A DNA stretch of 64,000 nucleotides from an uncultured Candidatus Rokubacteria bacterium (GTDB lineage Bacteria > Methylomirabilota > Methylomirabilia > Rokubacteriales > DASRDR01): positions 512,001 to 576,000 of the forward strand of contig CAWDVE010000017.1 in assembly GCA_963805625.1 (NCBI GenBank), given 5' to 3'. Under the pieces are notes generated by a model. It saw nothing but the letters and a program-made list of their open reading frames with translations, ran no database searches and was not told the DNA's origin. Shown here one piece after another: positions 12,169-23,598 of the stretch; the stretch's first letter is position 1; the number at the start of each line of letters is the position of its first letter. The translations under genes were made by a program, and so were the position numbers.

Positions 12169-13338
12169 TCATGAGGCCGTGCGCGTCTCCGACGAAAGAT
12201 TGTAGAGCTTCGACACGTTCTCGCCGGTGATCTTCCGGCGGATGCGCTCCGGGAGCCCGCCCAGGTTCTTTTCGAGGTGTCGGCGCGAGTCGGGCCAGAG
12301 ACAGTCGGGATGTGGGTAATCGGCCCCCCAGATGATGTTGTCCTCACCCACGATGGAGATCGCAGGCTCGAGGTATTGATCCTGCTGGTAGGTGGTGAAC
12401 CCCTGGCGCCGGAAATAGTCGCTGGGCTTCAGGGAGAACCCGAGCGCTCGGCCGCGATCCGCGTACTCGGTGTCCAGGCGATCGAACACGTAGGGGATCC
12501 AGGTCACGCCGGACTCTCCGAGGACGAACTTGAAGTCCGGATAGCGCTCGCAGGCCCCCGAGGCTATCACAGAGACGAGCACCTCCATCCCGTCGAGCTG
12601 AAACAGGCTTGCCCGCACGAGGCGCCAGGGCACCGCGTACTCCTTCTCCATCTGCGGGGTATCGGGGGCCCGCAGGCCCTTGAACCCCGTGGAGTGGAAG
12701 GAGATCGGGAACCGACACTCCTGGGCGGCCTCCCAGAGGGGATCCCAGCCGCGGTGATAGAGAGGCACGCTCAGGCGCTTGAACGCGAGATCGCCGCCCC
12801 GGAGCCCCAGCTTGGCGCAGCGCCGCACCTCGGCCGCGGCCACGAGCGGATCGGTGTTCGGAATGATGGCGAGAGGGAAGATCCGGTCGGGGTCGCTGCG
12901 CTTGGCGAAGTCCGCGGCCCAGTCGTTGTAGACCTGGTTGGTCCAGGCGCGCAGGCCCGCGTTTTCGATGAGTTCGTTGACCATGAGGCAGCCATAGATG
13001 ATCTCCGCATCGACGCCGTCGCGATCGAGGTCAGCGAGCCTCAGAGCGGGCGTGGTCGGCCGAGGCTGGGCGCCCGGGCGTGAGTCCCACGTGAAACCGC
13101 TGTCCTTCATCTCATCGATGTGCCCGAAGATCCCTCGCTCGTACTTCAGGAACCGCGGCCCGACCCCGTTCCACATCCCCTGGTCGTGCCCCTCCACGAA
13201 CCAGTGACAGCCGTCCTCCAGCTCTTCCACGCGGGGGACGAGGAGCCGCCACTTGGCTGGCGCCTGGGAGGACCAGAGATCGGGCGGACAGTAGGTCAGG
13301 TCGATGTGGTTGTCGCCAGAAATCAGCCCGTATCGCAT
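12169..13338 (-). CDS. Amidohydrolase_2 family protein
   Basis: ISGDNH, RLADLDRDGVDAE, ISFH, ESGVTW, WGADYPH; GGAGG RBS. Confidence 0.9.
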   Translation of the reverse strand: MRYGLISGDNHIDLTYCPPDLWSSQAPAKWRLLVPRVEELEDGCHWFVEGHDQGMWNGVGPRFLKYERGIFGHIDEMKDSGFTWDSRPGAQPRPTTPALRLADLDRDGVDAEIIYGCLMVNELIENAGLRAWTNQVYNDWAADFAKRSDPDRIFPLAIIPNTDPLVAAAEVRRCAKLGLRGGDLAFKRLSVPLYHRGWDPLWEAAQECRFPISFHSTGFKGLRAPDTPQMEKEYAVPWRLVRASLFQLDGMEVLVSVIASGACERYPDFKFVLGESGVTWIPYVFDRLDTEYADRGRALGFSLKPSDYFRRQGFTTYQQDQYLEPAISIVGEDNIIWGADYPHPDCLWPDSRRHLEKNLGGLPERIRRKITGENVSKLYNLSSETRTAS

Positions 13339-13471
13339 CGCACCCTCCGTTCTCTGAGATCCTGTGGCATCAAGAAGTCCATGGGCTCGCGCCGCGCTCT
13401 TCGGCTCGCATCAGGCACGACCCGAGGCGGTCATCGCCGAGATGGAGCGGGGCGCTTCGGGAATCGCCCCG

Positions 13472-13567
13472 GACCGTGCGGCCCTCGTGGGTGATGGCGG
13501 CCTGGTCGGGGGCCGCGGCGGCGAGCCGGGCAACGGCCACGCCAAACGGCGTCCCTGTCTCACTCAC
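13472..13567 (-). pseudogene. N-terminal remnant of an AMP-binding (acyl-CoA ligase) enzyme
   Basis: VSETGTPFGVAVARLAAAAPDQAAITHEGRTV after an RBS; homology stops there. Confidence 0.45.
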
Positions 13568-13614
13568 GGTTTCGTTCTCCGCCGCATGGCAATGAGGGTC
13601 ATGTGCACCATGGC

Positions 13615-14305
13615 TCAACTGAACTCGCTCTGCTCCGCCTGGGCGAGCCAGAGCCCCATGCCCATCTCGCGGTACGTCGTGGCGGCGGTGGTGTGCCTCT
13701 ACTGCGCGGACCCGGCGGCCCCCGGCGCCCAGCGCGGCGAACTCGGTCAGGGCTTGTTCGAGCAGTCGGACCGCCTCCGTGGTCTGACCGGACAGGAGGG
13801 CCACCTCGCCGAGCAGCGCACGAATGCTCGGCAAGAGAGTCGGCTGATCCCCGGCTTGGGTCTTGGCGAGGGCGCGTTCCGCCAGGGGCCGCGCGTCTGC
13901 GGCCTTGCCCCACACGCAGAAGAGCGTCGCAACGCCGCGACAGGCCACCACCAGGCTGACCGGGTGATCCATCGACTCGGCGAGCCGTAGCGCCTCGTGG
14001 CCATGCGCCAGACCCTCGTCGAACTCGCCGAGCGCCCACGCGAGGAAGGCGCGGGCGAAGATCGCCGGGAGGCCGGCGAGGCCGCACCGGTCTTGCCGCC
14101 GGCCGCTGACGTGCCTGGGTATGTACGACTCAGGAGACGGAGACCGAGTGGCCGCCGCGACGGGCGTCCCGCATTGGCTACAGAACCGAGCGCCTCCGAG
14201 CAACTCGGCCACGCAGGCAGGGCAGACGATCGCCAACCGGGCGCCGCACCCGAGGCAGAACTTCGCCTGAGGCGAATTGTCTGTCTGGCACCGGAGACAC
14301 TGCAT
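13615..14305 (-). pseudogene. Internally deleted double-zinc-ribbon / adenylate cyclase / AAA / TPR gene
   Basis: MQCLRC..KFCLGCG..CPAC..RFCSQCG..SPESYIPRH joined directly to TPR helices; cyclase and AAA domains absent; C-terminus YREMGMGLWLAQAE in a shifted frame. Confidence 0.75.
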
Positions 14306-14508
14306 GCCGGGGCCTCCAGCCGACCGGGCCGGCGACTGGGTCGGACAGTGGGCCAAGCCTAGTCGGGGGGCCAGGGAAGGTCAAGCGACGCTTACCTGGC
14401 TCAAGAAGCTCCGCCGTGGGATCGAGGCAGCCGGGAGTGGCCGAGCAGCGCCCACCCTTCTCGAGAACGTGCCGCTGCTGCAGGTCCCGGCGACCGCCTT
14501 TCGGGCGG

Positions 14509-14537
14509 TTGACCTTGGCCTGCGGGGGCCGTAAGCT
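14509..14537 (+). promoter_or_regulatory. Sigma70-type promoter of groESL
   Basis: TTGACC-17 bp-TAAGCT immediately before CIRCE. Confidence 0.7.
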
Positions 14538-14562
14538 GGCACTCGTACCTCGCGAGTGCTAA
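14536..14562 (+). promoter_or_regulatory. CIRCE element (HrcA operator)
   Basis: CTGGCACTC-N9-GAGTGCTAA. Confidence 0.93.
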
Positions 14563-14638
14563 CCGCCCGACGGTGACTGTCGGGTCGGCGGCCCGTGTCC
14601 TCCACCCCCCTCACCTGAAGGAAGGAGACTCTCGCACG

Positions 14639-14950
14639 ATGGCTACGACAACCAAGCTAAAGATCAAGCTGCGGCCGCTCCACGATCGGGTCCTCATCAA
14701 GCGGCTCGAGGAGCAAGACGAGAAGCACGGCAGCATCATCATTCCGGACAGCGCCAAGGAGAAGCCCCAGGAGGGCAAGGTCATCGCCGCGGGCACGGGC
14801 CGGGTGACTGAGGATGGGAAGACGCTGCCCCTCGTCGTCAAGACGGGGGACCGCATTCTCTTCGGCAAGTATTCCGGCAGCGAGGTGAAGATCGACGGCG
14901 AGGAACTGCTCATCATGAAGGAAGAGGACATCCTGGGGATCCTCGACTAA
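14639..14950 (+). CDS. groES: Co-chaperonin GroES
   Basis: [25 protein letters not shown]; AAGGAG RBS. Confidence 0.97.
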   Translation: MATTTKLKIKLRPLHDRVLIKRLEEQDEKHGSIIIPDSAKEKPQEGKVIAAGTGRVTEDGKTLPLVVKTGDRILFGKYSGSEVKIDGEELLIMKEEDILGILD

Positions 14951-14994
14951 CGATTCTGACGCGACGCTGGCGAGTGAGACCGACAATCAACTGA

Positions 14995-16668
<1,674 letters not shown>

Positions 16669-16696
16669 CCCGCCGGCCGGGGTATCCGGCCATTTC

Positions 16697-16740
16697 GACG
16701 GCCTCCGGAGGCCTCCCGCCTCCGGGGGTCGTCTCGTTTT
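16697..16740 (+). terminator. Rho-independent terminator of groESL
   Basis: GACGGCCTCCGGAGG..CCTCCGGGGGTCGTC stem followed by TCGTTTT. Confidence 0.7.
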
Positions 16741-17224
16741 CTATGCCGATCACGGTGTGTCGAGCGGCATCGAAGGCCGGCGGAGATCCGCCCCGACGTT
16801 GACCCGGGGTCCGTGATGCCAATCAGTGAATCTGGGGGAACGCGATCACGGCTCAAGCGCTGGTTCGAGACAACCAATTGTGGGCACACCAGCCTCCTGG
16901 GCAACCAGGAGGCTGGCGTGTTTCGGGCGCCCGCGCAGCTTGACCCGCCGCCTCGTCCCTCTGACAGGAGCGGTACCCAGCTCGAGATCCTCATCGAAAT
17001 GCCTCCGAATCTCCGCCCGCTGTTCCGGTAGAGCATTGCACCACGCCAAGACCAGGCTGCCAAAATGCTACGAGCTGAAGTCTGGAAGCGTCGCGAAGTC
17101 GACATGCAGGGCGTCGGCCGGAGCGAAGCCTCGTCGAACGATTGGGGCTCCCGCGGGGCCCGGGGCCGCGGCCCGCGGCCCCGAGCTCGTCCAGTGGCCG
17201 AGCAGCGGTTCGCAGCCGGATCCG

Positions 17225-18601
17225 CTACGGCCAGACTGGCGGGTGCGTGCCGAGCGGGACGACCGGGCGCTCCCAGCGGGGTGGAGTCTCGGACATCTCG
17301 AGCGCTGGCCGCAGGTGCTTCAGGCGGCCGAGCGGTGTCTGGGTTTCAGTGCAAAGATCGTCGACGTTCTCGAGGCCCCGGGCCGCCGCGGGGTCGCAAA
17401 TCGGGCCGAGGCGATGGAGCCACATGCCGGTCTGGCACAGCGAGGCACGGACGAGGTAGCTACCGCCGGCGTGGGCGCGACGCCAGAGCGCCACCATGGC
17501 GCCGAGCGCGGCCAAATAGCCGGTCGTGTAATCGCAGACCGCCGCCGGGATGCGCACCGGCCGTTCCGGCGAGCTGTGGGTCGCGGTCAGACCGGTGACC
17601 GTCTGGGCCAGTTGCTCCCAGCCGGGGCGCGCCTCCCAGGGACCAACGTGGCCGTAGCAGTTGATCGCGACGTAGATCAACCCCGGCCGCAGCTTCACCA
17701 GTTCAGTCGGGCCAAAGCCCCGCCGCGCCAGTGAGCCGGACCGGTAGCCCTGGGAGAAGACGTCCGTTTCGCGGAGCAGCCCACGCAGTTGCTCGACGGC
17801 GTCGGGCTTTTCGAGATCCAGGTGGGCCGCGAGCTTGCCGTGTCCGGTGTCCAGGACGAACCCGAGCGGACTGGGCAGGTTGGGCGAGGCGATGTGCAGC
17901 ACGTCGGCGCCGTGCTCGGCCAGGGTCCGGGCACAGGTGGGCCCGGCCAGGATGCGGGTCAGATCGAGCACCCGCACGCCCCGCAGTGGCCGGTCGGCGG
18001 CCGGCAGCGGCTCCGGGTCGGAGTCGCCGAGCTTGACGATCTCGACCCGCGGCACCTCGGCGAGAGCCTGGCCCTGGGGGTGCGCGGCCCATTCCTCGGC
18101 CGTGCGAAGCAGCGCGCCGCACTGGCGCGCCTCGGCCAGAGCGTTCTCGAGCGCCCGGCCGTCCCAGCGAGCCACCGCGGCGGCGACCGCCTCGCGTTCG
18201 TTGGCGCATCCGAGCATCTTCAGCGTGCCCTCCGCCAGATTCGGGAGTCCTCCGTGGAGGTGGACCCAGCGCCCGTCGCGGCAGCGGTAATAGTCCACCA
18301 GCGGGTTGCCCGTCGCGGGCGAGGGCGGGGCAGGCCCGCCGTTCAGCCGCAGGATGGGGTGGCTGCGGAGGGAGGCCGCGGCGTGCCGCACACTGACCCG
18401 CGACCGCTGCGGCCGCCCCCCGCGAAGCTGCCAGAGCGCGTCCGCGGCCACACCGCAGGCGGCCAGCGTCAGCGCCGCGGCCTCGCCAACCGGAAAGGCG
18501 GTGGCCACGACCGGGTCCTGTCCCTCGATCGTGACCGCCCCATCCGCGGGCGCCGGCAGACCGACCTCGTCCAGTAGCTCGAGCAGCCGCGCGTCGGTCA
18601 T
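17225..18601 (-). CDS. CaiB/BaiF (family III) CoA-transferase, long form
   Basis: PLRGVRVLDLTRILAGP, HGADVL, DVFSQGYR, CDYTTGYL; GGGAGAGGGAG RBS before ATG 18601. Confidence 0.9.
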   Translation of the reverse strand: MTDARLLELLDEVGLPAPADGAVTIEGQDPVVATAFPVGEAAALTLAACGVAADALWQLRGGRPQRSRVSVRHAAASLRSHPILRLNGGPAPPSPATGNPLVDYYRCRDGRWVHLHGGLPNLAEGTLKMLGCANEREAVAAAVARWDGRALENALAEARQCGALLRTAEEWAAHPQGQALAEVPRVEIVKLGDSDPEPLPAADRPLRGVRVLDLTRILAGPTCARTLAEHGADVLHIASPNLPSPLGFVLDTGHGKLAAHLDLEKPDAVEQLRGLLRETDVFSQGYRSGSLARRGFGPTELVKLRPGLIYVAINCYGHVGPWEARPGWEQLAQTVTGLTATHSSPERPVRIPAAVCDYTTGYLAALGAMVALWRRAHAGGSYLVRASLCQTGMWLHRLGPICDPAAARGLENVDDLCTETQTPLGRLKHLRPALEMSETPPRWERPVVPLGTHPPVWP

Positions 18602-18753
18602 CTCCCTCTCCCATCCGGTCGTCAGGAGCGACCGGGACTCGGACCATGCTAGCACTCCGAGGGGTCTGGCTTCGGGTAGGCCGACGTCCTCGACGCGATC
18701 GTTGGACTCGTGGGACACTGCGGGCAAGCCAGTCGCGCCCAAGGGAGAGGCCG

Positions 18754-19659
18754 ATGACGTTCGCCGCCGAGCCCGACGTTCCCATCCCCTACATGCAGCG
18801 CACGCGCGACTACTACCAGGCGCTCGGCTTCGCGCCTTATCGCTGGGCGCACTTCACCGAAGTGCCGTTCACGCCGCTGGCCAAGCCGCTGGCCCAGTCA
18901 CGGGTCGCGCTCATCACCACGGCGGCGCCGTACCAGCCCGGCGCCGGCGACCAGGGCCCGGGCGCGAAGTACAACGCCGCCGCGAAATTCTACACGGTCT
19001 ACTCCGACTCCACCGAGACGATCCCCGACCTGCGCATCTCGCACGTCGGCTACGACCGTATCCACACGACGGCCGGCGACCCGCGAACCTGGCTGCCGCT
19101 GGGGCGACTTCACGAGTTCGTGAAGGCGGGCCGCATCGGCGCGCTGACGCCGCGATTTCATGGGGCGCCCACCAACCGGAGCCAGCGGGTGACGACGGAG
19201 ACGGACGCGCCCGAGCTACTTCGGCGGTGCCGCGAAGACGGCGCCGACGTGGCGTTGCTCGTCCCGACCTGACCGGTGTGCCACCAGACCGTGAGTCTGG
19301 CGGCGCGGCACCTCGAGACGAACGGGATCCCGACGGTCATCATGGGATGCGCCAAGGACGTCGTGGAGCACTGTGGCGTGCCGCGCTTCCTCTTCAGCGA
19401 CTTCCCCCTCGGAAACTCGGCCGGCCGCCCCGACGACGCCGAGTCGCAGACCTTGACGCTGGAGCTGGCGCTCCGAGTGCTGGAGACGGCGCCCGCTGCC
19501 CGGACCACGGTGCAATCGCCGCTCCGGTGGCGGGCCGACGCGTCCTGGAAGGTCGACTACCACAACCTGGCCACGGTCACGCCCGGGGACCTCGCCGAGC
19601 ATCGCAAGGAGTTCGACGTCGTGAAGGCCATCATCAAGAGCAAACAGACGCCAGCGTGA
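18754..19659 (+). CDS. Glycine/sarcosine/betaine/D-proline reductase selenoprotein-B-like protein, Sec at UGA 19270-19272
   Basis: KPLAQSRVALITTA, DVALLVPT-U-PVCHQTVSLAARHLE.NGIPTV; ORFs 18646..19272 and 19276..19659 are in one frame across the TGA; UxxC motif. Confidence 0.88.
19278..19311 (+). promoter_or_regulatory. Putative bacterial SECIS hairpin
   Basis: CCAGAC-CGTGA-GTCTGG upper stem-loop, loop starting 18 nt after UGA with G at loop position 2; GTGCC/GGCAC lower stem. Confidence 0.7.
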
Positions 19660-20849
19660 GCAAGCCATTCGCCGGCGTCCGCATCCTCGACTTCACCCGC
19701 TATCTCGCCGGCCCGTACGGCACCTACCAGCTGGCCCTCCTCGGCGCCGACGTGATCAAGATCGAGTCGCGCGACGGCGACGAGACCCGCAGCCAGCCCG
19801 TCTCCAAGGTGTGGGCGGACCGCAGGATGCCGCCGAGCTTTCTGGCCGTCAACGGCAACAAGCGCAGCATGACGCTCGACCTGCGGCGGCCGGAGGCGGT
19901 CGTGGTCGTCAAGCGGCTCGTCTCCAACGCCGACGTCGTGTGGGAGAACTTCCGCCCCGGCGTGATGGACAAACTCGGCCTCGGCTACGACACCCTCGCG
20001 GCACTCAACCCGCGGCTCATCTATTGCGCGGTCTCCGGATTCGGCCACACGGGACCGGAGCGGACCACGGCCGCCTTCGACGGCAAGCTGCAGGCGATGT
20101 CCGGGATCATGTCGATCACCGGCGAGCCGGACGGCGGCCCGATGCGCGCGGGTTTCGCCATCTGCGACACGATCGGCGGCATGACCGCGGCGCTGGCAGT
20201 GGCGAGCGCGCTCTACCAGCGCACGCACACCGGCCGCGGCCAGTTCGTCGACGTGGCCATGCTCGACGCCGCGCTCGCCTTCATCCCGGGGCCGGTGTCG
20301 GAGTACACCGTGGCCGGCATCGAGCAGACGCAGATCGGTAACGGCTCGGTGAGCCGCAAGCCCACGGCCAATCGCTTCCGGGCCAGGGGCGGCTACATCG
20401 TGCTCGCCGTGCTCACCGAGAAGCAGTTCGTGAGCCTCATGACGACGATCGGGCGCCCCGACGCGCTCCTGGACCCTCGCTTCAAGGACTGGGCGGCGCG
20501 GATGGAGCACGTGGCGCCGCTGCGCGAGGTGATCGAGGGCGCGCTGGCCAGGGACGACCCCAAGACCTGGGAGACGCGGCTGACCGCCGCCGATGTGCCG
20601 TGCGCGTGCATCTGGAAGATCGACGAGATCGTCGAGCATCCGCAGCTTGAGCACCGCGACGTGCTGCAGACGATCGACTCGCGCTACGGCCCTATGCGCC
20701 TCGTCGGCGCCGGCTTCCGCCTCGCCCACGGTACCCCGGGCCTCGACCGCCAGCCACCCACGCTCGGTGAGCACACCGACGAGATCCTGACCGAAGCCGG
20801 CTACACCGCCACGGAGATCGAGCAGCTGCGACGCGACTCCGTCGTATAG
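19656..20849 (+). CDS. CaiB/BaiF (family III) CoA-transferase
   Basis: PFAGVRILDFTRYLAGP, GADVIKIE, NGNKRS, ENFRPGV; GTGA overlap with the selenoprotein stop. Confidence 0.92.
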   Translation: MSKPFAGVRILDFTRYLAGPYGTYQLALLGADVIKIESRDGDETRSQPVSKVWADRRMPPSFLAVNGNKRSMTLDLRRPEAVVVVKRLVSNADVVWENFRPGVMDKLGLGYDTLAALNPRLIYCAVSGFGHTGPERTTAAFDGKLQAMSGIMSITGEPDGGPMRAGFAICDTIGGMTAALAVASALYQRTHTGRGQFVDVAMLDAALAFIPGPVSEYTVAGIEQTQIGNGSVSRKPTANRFRARGGYIVLAVLTEKQFVSLMTTIGRPDALLDPRFKDWAARMEHVAPLREVIEGALARDDPKTWETRLTAADVPCACIWKIDEIVEHPQLEHRDVLQTIDSRYGPMRLVGAGFRLAHGTPGLDRQPPTLGEHTDEILTEAGYTATEIEQLRRDSVV

Positions 20850-21317
20850 GAACGGGGGCCCTTCGAACGGATTCCAAGCCTCCGTGAGCGGGTCGGGACC
20901 GCCATCTTCGTGATTTCCGCTTTCTTCAAGCGAAGACTCCCGACGAGGAGGGGAGAACCAACCTGCGCTGACTCCCAGTCGTGTGAGCCCATCTCGCGTG
21001 ACTTCGTCGACGCGACGGTATCGAAGTCGCTCTCGTTCCGCCTCGAACGCGCTGCCGCCCGCAATATGTTCCTTGACTCGGCCCGCGTGAGATGGTCAGC
21101 ACTACACGTGTCCACGCGGCCAGCATCAGAGAGCGACGATGAGGCGCAGCTCCATACGGGCCGGTGCCGTGAATGCGAAAGGGGTCCTTCCACCAACACG
21201 CGGTGGCAACGGCGTGACTGGATCCCCGCGCGTGAGAGCGTCGGCGGGGTGGGGCGCTCGGCCGCCGCCGCCACGTGCCGAAGCTCGGGCGCGCAAGCCG
21301 TGGTGGTGTGCCTAGAG
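20330..21317 (+). repeat. Direct repeat copy 1 (CoA-transferase 3' end, spacer and DMT stop), with ~310 bp extra internal segment
   Basis: Near-identical to 25405-26071 from GCAGATCGGTAACGG to CTAGAG. Confidence 0.9.
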
Positions 21318-21560
21318 TGTCCCGGACCGCATTAGTGTTGACACTGTTGAGCGAAACGCAGGAGGGTCACCAGCCCTATCCTCTCCAGAGTGGGCATCCC
21401 GGCAAGGAAACCACCTGGGGAGGAGCGAGTGATGACCCTCGACGAGAGCATACAAGGGCTGCGGCTGCGCGTCATGCGGCGGGCCGAGCAGATCGGCAAT
21501 GTGAGCCAGGTCTGCACGGAGTTCGGGATCTCCTGGACGCTGTTCTGCCGGTGGCGGCGG
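21318..21560 (+). mobile_element. IS481-family left end and truncated transposase
   Basis: TGT start (TGTCCCGGACCGCATTAGTGTTGACAC); ATG 21432 MTLDESIQGLRLRVMRRAEQIGNVSQVCTEFGISWTLFCRWRR is an HTH N-terminus; no DDE domain follows. Confidence 0.7.
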
Positions 21561-21975
21561 CCCGGGATCCGACCCCGCCCAGTTAGGCCGCCCTCCGGTA
21601 ACCGGGGGGCTGAGTCGATGCGCAGACTGTCGGGCTGCCTTGACAGGCCCGGACCCGTGGCTATACTGGCCGCGCCATCGGGCGCCAGATGCCGTGCTAT
21701 TCTGCTCGAGCGATCCGTCCAGCCGGTCTTCGTCTTCTTCTCTTCCTCTGGGGCCCTGGCCGACCTGCGCGCGCTGGCGCGGAGGATGTAGTGGACCTGG
21801 TGCACCCGGCCGGGGCCCGGCCCTGGGCATTTCGGTCAAGCTTTCCGCCGCGCCCGGCGCGGCGGAGCGCGCGTTGCTGGCCGAGCGGGGCGACGGCGAG
21901 GGCGAGCGGCACCAGCTCCGGGGCGCGAGCGCCGGCGCCTCCCGGACAAACCCTGACTGGAGGAGGACAACGACA

Positions 21976-22974
21976 ATGCGACAGACTCGGATCCGACCTC
22001 TTGCGTGCCTCAGCGCCACGGTGGCGGTCCTCATGCTCGGCGTGGCGCTCGCCGGGAGCGCCCTGGCCCAGGCCAAGTATCCGACCCGGCCGATCGAGGT
22101 GGTGGTGCCCTACGCGCCCGGTGGCGGCACCGACAACCTCATGCGGATGATCGTCGGGATCATCGACGAGAACAAGTGGTCGCCGGAGCCGCTTAACATC
22201 GTCAACAAGGCCGGGGGAAGCGGCGCGGTCGGCTACAGCTACACGATCAGCAAGAAGGGCAATCCCTACGTGGTCTGTGGGGCCACTCCCACCATCGTCA
22301 GCGGCAAGCTCGAGGGCCGATTGCCGGGCGACCACCGGGACGCCCTTCCAATCATCATGATCGTGGCCATCGACGAGCTGATGCTGTCGGTTCGGGCCGA
22401 GTCCCCGTACCAGACCGTCGAGCAGTTCGTGAAGGCGGCCAAGGACAAGCCGGGCCAGCTGACGATGGGCGGCACCGCCACCAATTCCGAGGACCACATC
22501 TTTACCTATCTCTTCGAGAAGGCGGCCGGCATCAAGGTCAAGTACGTGCCCTTCAACTCCGGGGGCGAGGTGACGGCGGCCCTGATGGGCGGCCACATCG
22601 ACGCTGCGGTCGAGAACCCCAACGAAATCGTGGCCCAGATCGAGGCCAAGAAGGCCCGAAACCTGGCGGTGGCCGCCAAACAGCGGATGAAGGACGCCGC
22701 CGACGTGCCGACCTTCCGGGAGAAGGGCTACGACTTCCTGTGGGAGCAGATGCGCGGGGTGTGTGGCCCGGCCGACATGGGGGCCGAGGCCATCAAGTGG
22801 TGGCAGGACACCCTCCGGAAAGTCACCGAGACCCCCAAGTGGCAGACCCAGTACATCAAGCGGAACCTCCTGACCCCAGTCCAGTGGGTGGGCGAAGAGG
22901 CCAACGAGTACCTGGACAGCCTCCGGGGCAAGTACACGGACGCCCTCACCGCCCTCGGGGCCATCAAGAAGTAG
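21976..22974 (+). CDS. Tripartite tricarboxylate transporter substrate-binding protein (TctC/Bug)
   Basis: Signal peptide; YPTRPIEVVVPYAPGGGTD, NKAGGSG, VPFNSGGE..ALMGGHID. Confidence 0.92.
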   Translation: MRQTRIRPLACLSATVAVLMLGVALAGSALAQAKYPTRPIEVVVPYAPGGGTDNLMRMIVGIIDENKWSPEPLNIVNKAGGSGAVGYSYTISKKGNPYVVCGATPTIVSGKLEGRLPGDHRDALPIIMIVAIDELMLSVRAESPYQTVEQFVKAAKDKPGQLTMGGTATNSEDHIFTYLFEKAAGIKVKYVPFNSGGEVTAALMGGHIDAAVENPNEIVAQIEAKKARNLAVAAKQRMKDAADVPTFREKGYDFLWEQMRGVCGPADMGAEAIKWWQDTLRKVTETPKWQTQYIKRNLLTPVQWVGEEANEYLDSLRGKYTDALTALGAIKK

Positions 22975-23026
22975 GCGCGACCGGGGTCGGGGCCCGTCCG
23001 GGACCCGACCCCTCCCGAGCCCCTCG

Positions 23027-23479
23027 ATGCGCTTCGCTGACCGCGTGGCCGCGGTGGCCCTGATCCTTCTCGCGGCCTGGTTCGTCGCCCTCGGGCGGCG
23101 CTTCCCCTACTGGCATCCCGACACCGGCCCCGGCTCCGGGTTCCTCCCGGTGTGGCTGGGCCTGGCCCTGGGGGTGCTGGCTGCCCTCCTGTTCCTGAAC
23201 GCCGGGGGCGCGACTCCCGGCGGCGCCTGGGCCCCCGGCCGGGTCGCCCTCCGGCGGCTCGCCCTCATCCTGGCGGCCAGTGTGGTCTTCGTGGCGGCCA
23301 TGGACACCGTGGGGATGATCGTGGGGACCGCCCTGTTCCTGGTCTTCGTGCTCCGGGTCGTTGAGCGCTATCGCTGGACGACCGTGGTGGGAGTGGCGGT
23401 GGCGGCGGCGGCCGCGAACTACCTGGTGTTCACCTACTGGCTGCGCGTCCCGTTCCCCACCGGCTTTCTGGGGGTCTGA
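23027..23479 (+). CDS. TctB small permease
   Basis: Four hydrophobic helices; GPGSGFLP, LRVPFPTG. Confidence 0.85.
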   Translation: MRFADRVAAVALILLAAWFVALGRRFPYWHPDTGPGSGFLPVWLGLALGVLAALLFLNAGGATPGGAWAPGRVALRRLALILAASVVFVAAMDTVGMIVGTALFLVFVLRVVERYRWTTVVGVAVAAAAANYLVFTYWLRVPFPTGFLGV

Positions 23480-23598
23480 CCGGTGATGACCGCACCGGTC
23501 GTGCGTCCGCGTCCGGTCGGCCCCCAGGGCGGCGGGGGGGCAGCCACCCGCGAAGTGAGCCGGGGGGCAGGCGCCGAGCCTCCCCGCGGGGACTGACC

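Noticed and set aside
16800-17150. Possible small ORFs downstream of groEL
   Set aside because: No recognisable family, RBS or consistent frame.
18306-19655. 847-aa ORF suggesting a giant CoA-transferase
   Set aside because: The N-terminal 450 aa is a shadow frame overlapping two real genes; the real start is GTG 19656.
22983-23012. Hairpin between tctC and tctB as a novel RNA
   Set aside because: Typical intercistronic stem-loop after a substrate-binding protein gene.
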